Shown here one piece after another: positions 13,431-23,561 of a stretch of 64,000 bases of DNA. The notes under the pieces were generated by a model that saw only the letters and a list, made by a program, of their open reading frames with translations, was not told the DNA's origin and made no database searches. Position 1 is the first letter of the stretch. The number at the start of each line of letters is the position of its first letter. Source of the stretch: Lingula anatina (Eukaryota > Animalia > Brachiopoda); the NCBI GenBank assembly GCA_051362555.1, contig CM120647.1:1178001-1242000 (forward strand). The letters run 5' to 3'. The translations under genes were made by a program, and so were the position numbers.

Positions 13431-14103
13431 AAAAAAGATCTGTTGTTGATGGTGTGTAACGGGTCTTTTGGGGGCATAGCTATAGAAGATTTTTTTATAA
13501 CGTAATTTATGATCTTATTATTATTATTATTATTTCAGAACTACACAGAGGCGCGTGATAGTTGCCATAGTGAAATGTGTTTTTGACCTTAAGCATCTGC
13601 AAGAAACAATGCATTCATCTATTAATAAAGAAACTCACGCACGCTAGGTTAGGTTTCTGTAGACGCGCGGCCGCCGTTAAGTCTGTTTCTATTAACGGAC
13701 AGATAAAGTTCCCCGGCATCATGTTGAGTCCAATAGTTGTTATCCGTCGAGCAGTATTCGTCGGTTTTGCGTGATGAAATGTGCCAATTTTGTGGGCCAG
13801 TGGAACCATTCATTTATAGAAAGTTTCAAGTGGTCCAAATTAATATTTCCCGCCGTGCACCCACTTGGCTAATTAATAACCGAGCGGAAAGTCGACCCGA
13901 GCACGCCGAGCTCTCTGACACGCAATGCTAGCTCATGATTCCATCTATCCGCTTTAATAGCAATCACACAGATCAATAATTCGACAGCATTCACGTTATT
14001 GCTCTGTAGATGCATTGAGTCGTGTTTTGGAGACGATGTCTGAATAGGATTGACTAAACTGATGTAGGCCTACTGTATTACTTCCTCTAGCATGACAAAG
14101 AGC

Positions 14104-14244
14104 TACCCTCTACCAGGGCGAGTGATAGATTTTTTTACAGATATTCACAGATATGTCTCTAGCTAGATAGATGGTCATTTAGGGCTGAACTTACATATCT
14201 GTGAATATCTGTAAAAAATCTATCACTCGCCCTGGTAGAGGGTA
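14104..14244. mobile_element. Foldback MITE with a 9-bp TSD (Mutator- or AcademH-type)
   Basis: ACAAAGAGC|TACCCTCTACCAGGGCGAGTGATAGAT...ATCTATCACTCGCCCTGGTAGAGGGTA|ACAAAGAGC; ~52-bp TIRs. Confidence 0.85.
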
Positions 14245-14324
14245 ACAAAGAGCATGGCTGTTGTCACTGTCACACAGAGACGGAGAGTACGCTGACAATA
14301 CAGATCGGCATATTATGATTTGCT

Positions 14325-14490
14325 ACTCTCTGTGCATATACAGTGGCACTGATAGTTAAATTCTGCATATGTGAGCTACTCACTGTGCATATTTATACAG
14401 GGACACTGGCAATTCAGTTCTGTACATATATACAGTGACACATTCAATTCAGCATGTATATGATGAACTATGTGCATTTATACAGTGATC
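14325..14490. repeat. Degenerate tandem repeat (TGTGCATATACAGTG-like) x4
   Basis: Recurring TGTGCAT..ATACAG.G.CAC. Confidence 0.6.
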
Positions 14491-15261
14491 TATCTAGTGC
14501 GGAAATGAAATCAGAGCCGGTGTATTCAGCAAATAACAATGTTATTTTGCCATGCTGAACGCTGCCTTAGACCACAGCTAACATTTTACATCTACATGAC
14601 AGAGTTCTGATCGGTGGAAATCACGCTAGTAATCTAATAATATTTGGAAGGGCGGGCGTTGTTTAGCAAAATTCTCACAATAATAATAATGATAATAATG
14701 ATAATTAATATTATAATTTTGTCCTTGACCTGATGAAGCAGGATATGGTCTAATATAACATCAAAGAGGATATTGATAATCTGCACGATGTAAAGGTACA
14801 ATCACGCTGGCGTCTTTTCTACACAGTCAACCAATGTACACAGAACAGAACTGTATTCTGATGTATTTATCTCGTAGTTCTATTTCACATGATGGCCAAC
14901 AAGCAACAGACAGAACAATGTAAAAAAAAAAAAAAAAAACGTTTATGAAACCGGATGCAGACAGAACTACCTGTGTAAATCAACAGACAATAATAAATAT
15001 ACAATGAAGACCACGCCAGATCTGGTACACTGTATCAAAACACCACTATTTATCATGATACGGGGTTTGCGAACCCAAAGCCCCTGGCTAAGAGCAATAC
15101 GGTTTCCTTTTAACTGTATCTTAATTGCCTTATCCACACGATTTCATTTTAAGACTTAGTACCCGATGTTGTACGTTGTTTTTCTTTCAAAAGATATCTC
15201 GTTTAAGTGGTATTCTAACACCGATTTAGCGCAGTGTGGTTAGATAAAGCATTCTACTTAC

Positions 15262-15277
15262 TGCTTTGAGCGGCCAT
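15262..15277 (-). CDS. Candidate 16-nt first coding exon of the SLC35F-like gene (MAAQS)
   Basis: aagATGGCCGCTCAAAGCA|GTAAGT has a good start context and a consensus donor. Its phase 1 matches the pyrimidine-rich acceptor tctccttcacccctttcag|GC at 7617/7616, giving in-frame MAAQSSGNTSTG... Confidence 0.5.
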
Positions 15278-15354
15278 CTTGTCACTGATTGGTTATCAGC
15301 GTCTCTCGCCCTCTTTGAGAAAATATATCAGCGCATTGTAGTCTGTCTCGCGGT

Positions 15355-15368
15355 GTTACCATGGCAAC
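15355..15368. promoter_or_regulatory. RFX X-box
   Basis: GTTACCATGGCAAC matches the X-box consensus GTTNCCATGGNAAC, ~80 bp upstream of the candidate ATG at 15277; a CCAAT (ATTGG at ~15288) lies nearby. Confidence 0.5.
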
Positions 15369-16035
15369 ACAGGTAGGGAGATAATAGATGATTTAATTAA
15401 GCGACATTTGCATCCGCTGTTTTTGCAATGGTATCGATCAGCTGATGTCCGCCGCTCCACGGCTTTCCTTTAGAACGCTCTGTACGCCGTTCTTTTGAAC
15501 ATTAATGGCTTTTCTTCGGTCTAAACGTATGTATTGTGGTGTTTGTTTATGATACACGCCATACAGGTCTGGGGGAGAAACAAAAACACGTGTGTTTTAG
15601 CTGTGTTCTGTCAATTGCTTGGTAAATATACTGTATTGACATTCCATGTTTTGACACTTCCGCTGCTATTCATTCTGTGTCAGAAAAATCACACAGGTGC
15701 TACAATTCCACAGTCCGTCATTGAAATACGCATATTACTGTTTGTCTTCCTCTCTATTTAAAGATTTAAGGAGAGATATTTCCTTTCTTTTCTTTTTCTA
15801 TTTTTGTATTACTTTTTCCACCTTTCTTTGACCTTTTTGTCCTGCATAGCGCAAATAAAGCTTTAATAGAAAGATATTTGAATAGTTTGTCGATGAAATG
15901 CTTTTTTTGTAGATTTTTGCATCATGTCTCTTTCATATTGAATCATGATGAAATTGCTTTATCAATCTGTTGAGTGAATGAAATTGATAAAGGAATATTG
16001 TCCTGAACTTTTGACAATAACAAACCATCAATTAT

Positions 16036-16036
<1 letters not shown>

Positions 16037-16078
<42 letters not shown>
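16037..16078 (+). repeat. Poly(A) tract (42 nt)
   Basis: Direct reading; source element not identified. Confidence 0.9.
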
Positions 16079-16079
<1 letters not shown>

Positions 16080-16203
16080 CGTTAATGTACTTTCCTCAAT
16101 AATACTTATTTTTTATTGTCTCTGGCAGACAAAAGTTTTGGTTGTTCAGCTTTAGTAACATCATAGTGGCAGTCAATTCATAAACCGCAATTTCACAGCA
16201 ATG

Positions 16204-16531
16204 TCGATGTAACGAAATTGAGGGTTCATGTAACAGAAAGTCCGCCCTCCATATAATTATAATAGTTAGGGTTAGCCTGACCTAAGTGGGTCAAAATCTA
16301 GATCGAGGCTTACCTGTGCAAATGAATGGGAAGCGGACTATCTATCATGGGGGGCTCTCTGTCACGTTACACCGGTGTAATAGTAATGGAAGTCCGCTAG
16401 GAACCGTAGTCCGTTCTCCATTACTTTGCACAGGTGACATTAGTCCCATATACTAATCCCAATACTCCAACTAACCCTAACCTGTATAAATATTGGACCC
16501 GGACATCCATTCTTATGCCCCTATTTCACAC
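16204..16531. mobile_element. Two oppositely oriented CCGGTGTAA-ended elements (family D) sharing one CCGG
   Basis: 16204-16375 matches 35117-35281 and 16372-16531 matches 29968-30139; junction TTACA-CCGG-TGTAA; internal GTTAGGGTTAG / CTAACCCTAAC. Confidence 0.7.
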
Positions 16532-16596
16532 AGACCACGAATCTCACGAATCTCACGAATCTTTTAAGAACTTCACGAACTGATTACGATTCAAAC

Positions 16597-16641
<45 letters not shown>

Positions 16642-18073
16642 AGAACTTACATATGAAAACAACTATTCACAATATTTATTCACAGTTTTAACTGAGACAA
16701 AACTCAAACGTATAATTTGCGACTAACCACGATTCAGTGAATTGATCGCGTTTACTTCTAAATACACGAGTACCAAACACATACTACTTCAAACAAAACA
16801 AAAGGTAATACTATTATTGGTTAAACGTAGTCTATTTGCATCCTGATATACAGTATACCTGTAAGACAGATCTAGCGCCTTAGATTGGAAGACATTATTT
16901 AAGATCTTGGAGCCTGTTAAAATATGATCTAAAAAAACACCATAGAGTTTGTATTCAGATTCTAAAGCTGTAAACTTGTGAGAGACACTGAACATTTTGT
17001 GTCTGTCTGTATTTGATATTTAAAAAAGAAATAAATTAATAAAACCCCGTTTTATCATAATATTTCCCTTAAAATGGGGGTCTCTACATACAGTTAATAT
17101 GTTATCAAATGAAACCGCCAATTTCAGTGCACGATGACATCCAGGTAGATCATATCACATATATCACTTGTTTCATTCAGTCATCACTTTGTTTTGATCA
17201 GACAAGCCTTGAGCTCAAATGGGCCTTTACGTTGTTCCTTAACATATTTGCCATGGAGATCATAACCTTACCCATATTTTGTTTAATGTCACAAAAAAAA
17301 AAACAATAATAATAAATAAAATAAAATAAAATAAAAATAAAAATACTGCCTGGTGCTTCTTGCACACCTTGTCATACAGAGAGATTTCTTGTTACTGGCC
17401 TCCATGCCTTTTAAGCAAAACCTGTGTTTCAGATTTTTTTTTCATTTCTGAATATTGCCCTGAAACACATTCCAGGAAAAAAGTTCCGCAATGCGCATGT
17501 TCTGTCCACCAGATTTTTATCCTTTAAGTGACCCGACTTTCTAACCCCATTTTGGTGACAATTGTCGATGCGATGTTCACTTGATATTTGTATTAAATGT
17601 GGTCAGATATCTACGAATCATCCGATTTCATCCGGCCATCTATCACGTATGAAGCCAGCAGTGTGTTTGGTATACGTGCCAGCCATTGTTTTTGAATAAG
17701 TAGCAATGAACAATAAACTGTTCAAATTAACAGCGATGAAAAACACCTTCAATCAATCGCCCTGTAACGTTATCCTCATTGATACAAGATCAATCAACAT
17801 GATACACAGCTTGTGCGTCATCACAAATAGGTTCAACACTTTAAAACAAAATCCAAATTTTCAAATGAAAATCCTTCCCTCTGTCTACACAGAGCTCTTT
17901 TGCTTCCTGAATCCAGGTTTATGTTGATTCACTTAAAAACCTTTCGTAGCAAAAGCCATGGTTTCAGCGATTGTATCCCGACCCCGCTATCTCCAAAGAA
18001 GGGGCCAATTTATTCACATGGGGGTCACACTGAAACAAAGAAGGGGCTCTTATTTCTAAATGCAGGTTGCACC

Positions 18074-18222
18074 TTAGTCTGACACGGGGTCCATGCAGCG
18101 TTCGCAGTCTGACATATCAACGTGAAGTGCCTCTATTTGAATCGTTGGTTCGTGAATTCCAAGGTCATTGACGATTTCGGTTGCATCTCTTAAAACGATC
18201 TCGTAATCCGTGAGATCTAAAT
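18074..18222 (-). CDS. ZnT last coding exon
   Basis: ttgcag|AT TTA...; [52 protein letters not shown]. Confidence 0.92.
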
Positions 18223-18465
18223 CTGCAATAAGATACGATAAATGTTAGTCAATTGCTTTTGTAAATTTAGGGAATCTGCCGTTAAAACCAACAACCCCTA
18301 CTATCTTCATTTCTCGTAAAAGGTATCACATGAAGATCGTTCTCACAGACGAAAGAATAGATATTTGTATCATTCTCTGACACGTGGGGAGAGCGATTAA
18401 GGTTTTGAAGGGTGCTAAGCAAGTTTTGATGTTTTTAAAAAGGCGCACTTGTCCTTGTGTGTGTA

Positions 18466-18514
<49 letters not shown>

Positions 18515-21500
18515 CACCTATTGCTAAGTGTACCGATAAAGCTAACTTGTGTGTCGTTAGCGACCACAGCCTGAGATTATGCACCTTCTTCACTCCGGGG
18601 ATTTCTAAGAATTTGTGCTTTATTTGATTGAAATTCATATGCCGCGGAGTGGCTGAAACAGACAAAATATACTGTATATTTGGTGTATCAATGTCATAGA
18701 ACTTGGCAAAGGCGAGATCATCCTCAGACTCGATTGTTAGGCGAGAGGCACGCCCCTCAAGATTGCCAAAAAATAAATCCATAAAATTTGTGTCATTAAT
18801 TTCAAGTTAAAAATGCTCTTAACACAAGGCCAAAAGGGACACAATGGATGCAAAAGTAGGCATTTCTTTTTCCTGCGATGATAAATTTATTTTACGAACT
18901 TACTGCAACCGTTGTGAAAATATAATGCTGCGGAATTGAACCATGATATGTATTGATCTGTGCAAATCATACTCTGATATTTTATTAATAAATGCATTTT
19001 AATTTATGTCACAGTAACAGTCAATTACTGTCGAAGAAATGAATCAAGCAACAGAGATTGCGGTAGTTGAGATGCCTGGTTGTGACGATTGTGCTTACCT
19101 TCCATCAGCACATTCAGCGCGTCCCTCAACACGGTTACCGTGGTGATAAGAACCAATATGGAAAACACGAACGTGCATATAGGATCCACTATTTTCCACT
19201 CAGGCTAAAATGAAATAAAAAAAAGCCAATTTACAGAAAACGGACGTGTAAAATATAAATACCAAACAGTGTCAATTGAATTGGGAGTGCTTCAAAAGCA
19301 AATTCGCCAACTACTAAACAGAATTGCCGTGATTTCCTTCAGCACCTCGAATCAGCCTCAAGCGACAATTGTGAACATAGGTGAACAACATTATTGAACT
19401 TATAACTAGAGTTAAATAGTACTTACTAATACAAGAACTATTATATATGATAAAATCCACCATGGTAACACATGAACAACAGCCAGATGTTTTGTCTGAC
19501 TGTGTTAATTACCACATTCTATTTTTCTGTAAATATGGCTAAAATATTACGTAGGGCTCCTATGGATAAACTGTTACCTTATAATAAATAATATAGGCGG
19601 CTATTAATACTCCAACGCTTTGAAATAAGTCCCCTAATACGTGCACGAACGCTGCACGTATATTTAAATTTTCTTGCTTTCCTCCGTGCCCGTGCCCGTG
19701 TCCGTGGTCACTCTCCGACGAGTGGTTGTCATGACTATGACCACTGTCACTCTCGTGATCACCATGACTATGACCGTGATCACCGTTGCTATGGCTATGA
19801 CCGTGTCCGTGGCCATTTTCCTTTGAGTGCGGGACTAACTCGGAAGTGGATTTTGCGTCATATCCGTCTGAGAGGGGAGACTCTACATCCGGTGGTGGCG
19901 CTAGCGGCCCGTGGGAGTGGCCGTGGCTCCCTCCACCGTGGGAGTGAGAGTGGGGATGAAGGGTCATTCCCAGCCTAGAGATATATAATATGAAAATTAG
20001 TATGATAAATGATATGATATAGGATAAAGGATTCACAATATTTTGGTACAATGAAATAACATTGTTGCTTTTTAAAGATCAATTCCCGTATTAACTCTTC
20101 GCTGTTATAACCCTTTTACGGTCATTATCATTATATCCGACTTTCCTACCCGTCTTTACCAGGGGATAACTTGCAATATAATCCCAGCTACTTACAGTAT
20201 ATTGATGCCTACGCCTATCCCGGCGGTGATTAACATAATCTTGGCGTCTATTTCGTAGTCCATGTGGATGACCCTGAGGATCGCCATGTACACCAACACT
20301 CCAGTCAGGATCCAGATTAACAACACAGACACCATGGCCCCCATCACCTCTGCAAGACAAAGTTGTTTAACGTTTACATTTTACAAGAACAGATAATATG
20401 TAATGGAGATAATTTCATTTAATGCTATTGATAAAAAAGGGTTATTCTCCACATTAATAAGGCCTTCGGGGCGTCAGGTCACACAAGAAAACCAACAAGC
20501 CATCATCATACATGAAGCAGCTGGAGAAGTTCAGACACAAAAGGCGCATTCAAACAAATTAATGACGATATATCAATGAAATGGGGACAGGGAAGATAGC
20601 CCAAATGAATGGCATTCTGGGGTTCCGCATGTTTCGTTCATGATAGGGTTAGCCGAAAGTATTGGGCTCGATACATGGGACGAACGAAACATGCATCTCT
20701 GTACAAAATAATAGGGGGACGTACTGCGGTTTCTGGCGGACTACCATTCGTGCCACACCGAAATTGCAATGAAGCGATGTAACGCCATACTAACCAAAAT
20801 GACCTCATAAAGATCAGTGTGACGTCATAAACACTTAAGTGACGTCAATTTTTTTTTCAATTTGACGTCATACAGATAAACGTACCTGCTCTGTGCCATC
20901 CGAAGCTCATCTTTTTTGTGGCCGGCTTGGAAGCCATATAGAGAGAGAACAAGCTAATCATGAAGCTGGCAAAGTCTGTTAACATGTGGGAGGCGTCTGT
21001 CATGATAGCGAGACTTCCGGCCACAGCGCCACCTTTTGGAGAGAAACAAGTTTACAGAAACTTTGACAGCATCAGAAGAAATCACTATTGGTATGATCTG
21101 AATAATTAGAAAGAGATACTCTTGAAGCAAACATTATTGAATTCTTCCAGCAATCTATTGAAACAACCTTCCATATATATTATTTCATGAAAGTATATCT
21201 TTCAGTAACTATTATCATCATGTATATGTCACCAGTATTAAATTTGTGCTACTGTGATAATGAAGGCAAAACATTGATTTGTTTAATTAAAGTTTTTAAG
21301 TGGTAAATACAAACCATTCGTTTTAAAATATCATACTTCAATGTATACGTAATTCAACAACACGTCCATCTAGGAGCCGACGCAGACAGTTGGTCTAATT
21401 TACGGTCCAAAGTGAGCCAAATGTGAACAGTCCTGACTACTTACCAATGATTTCGGCGACGGTGAAAATAAGGCACAGTATACTAGCGAGAATTAAGCGA

Positions 21501-21665
21501 TTCCTTGTGCTTTTGTCAACTGCCGGAGACAGTCGCTGTAAATCGTGGCAATGGGCGACTGAAGAAAGAAAATAAACATTCTATAAATCACTTGATGATG
21601 CAGAGGTATAAAACGAAGTCAGCAAAAGATGCACATATCACAAACAATGCCTTGTACGTGACTCA

Positions 21666-21708
<43 letters not shown>

Positions 21709-23487
21709 GAGTCGGGGTTGATACATGTTTCTTGTATTATTTATTTATTTATTTTAAATGTGCATATATAATAAGCGTGAGTGTATTGCAGAGTGCTCAA
21801 CTGTCCGGAGCATATATATCATATGCATGTACAACGTATTTTAGACAATCGAAGTCTTGGTTTTCCAGAAAATGAGAAGACCAACAGAGAGAGAGAGCGA
21901 GAGAGTGAGAGAGAGAGAGAGAGAGAGAGGGGTAGGGAGCATTGGCTAGTCTTTGGATATCATCATCAATATAGACAGTAATAATTTCAAAGCTATAAGA
22001 CAGAGGGCAGCACTTTCGGCCAGAGAGCCGCAGGTGGCAGTCAGTGGTGAAGATACACATCCATGGTTACTTACCAGCACTTAACAACACCCCTGTGCCT
22101 TATTTTATAGCAGCATTCATTTCCGCGGGCCTCAAGGGTGCCCCGATTAAGTGAGGGAAATGGGATTAAACCGGTTTTGGTGTACGTAGTATCGGGAAAT
22201 TAATAGGACAACGCAGGATATTTACGTCTATTAACTGTAAGCCAAATTAGGGACAGACAGTTTTCCTATCGTATTAATTTTCTAAACTATGTACAACTAC
22301 AAACTGTCGAAAAAATAACCGAGTGCAAATTGTGTTGTATCAAATGAAGAGGCATAAATAAATAAACAAATAAACACTACTTATTTAATAAAGCTAAAAA
22401 GATGATAATCGAACGAAAAATTAATGGGGCAGTAACTGGTGCAGTATATCCTGAAGAATGACCTCGACCTTCGTACCACTTCTAGTATTTTACCTTGACC
22501 TACTTACATTGTACAACTACAAATATTTGACCTTGACCTACTTACCACTGCTTGCATTTGACCCGCCACCATCGGACTGGTCGTCTGGGGTGATACTGCT
22601 GTAGTCTTTTCTGTGAATAAAATAAAGATGAAATCAAAAGAGAGCTTATGCACGAGATATTGTGATTTTATTAAAATAAAAATTCGAAAAGTGCAGTCTT
22701 ACATACTTGACGTAGGCAAATGAATTTCTATAAGATTTTCGCAGAAAGATTTAAACGTTAGTGATACATATAATACAATTGGATATATAATTCACAAAAG
22801 CGTAATCCTATGAAAAGAAAGATAGCACTTATTTCTTCCCCTAAAAATAAATATCTTTCACAAACCAAAAGAAACTACATATAATCTGCTTTCAATCCTG
22901 CGTTGCTGAAACGCAGTCATGCAAACATAATGATAAGTAATCAGGTCGATATGATCATTAATACTTGTTTAGGAGCAGTCAGCATACACAATGTAACATT
23001 AAGCAATAAATAGAGCTCTATTATTAATCATTAGTCAAGCTGCGGGCGCCTCCTGAAAAAAGGGTTTGATAAAAAACGCTTTTGTGATGACATTCAGTGC
23101 AATTTGTAAAAGTCACATCTTCTAGTCATTCGGTATTCATTATGTTTTCAGTATCGCTCAGTGACAGCTGTGAAAGTATGACCTTTTTTAAATATAAAAT
23201 AGTTTCAGTGCACATGACTTGTTTGATGACCTTGGGAACGTATTTTATGGAATAAAAGTTCATGGAATTTATAAGCAAACGCTTCATTGCCTTCATTGCG
23301 CATATGCTGCAAGTTAACATAAGCGCACACTTGCACCAAATACATCGACTTCCGTGCTGATTAAGGTGATCTGAACTTGGTATTTTGTGTTTGAAATGGT
23401 TATTTTTCTACTGAAAAAGAGAAAGAACAAGTTGGGCCTCATAGCAGCAAAGACTGACATAGGGTTTTGGAAGGTTCAACACAAATC

Positions 23488-23526
<39 letters not shown>

Positions 23527-23530
23527 CAGA

Positions 23531-23561
<31 letters not shown>

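Noticed and set aside
15225-15245. tRNA A-box-like TAGCGCAGTGTGGTTAGA
   Set aside because: No B-box or cloverleaf follows; not a tRNA or a clear SINE head.
16264-16275. GTTAGGGTTAG as an interstitial telomere
   Set aside because: Fewer than two full units and embedded in the family D repeat.
19339-19356. TTCAGCACC REST/NRSE half-site
   Set aside because: The second half (GGACAG) is absent.
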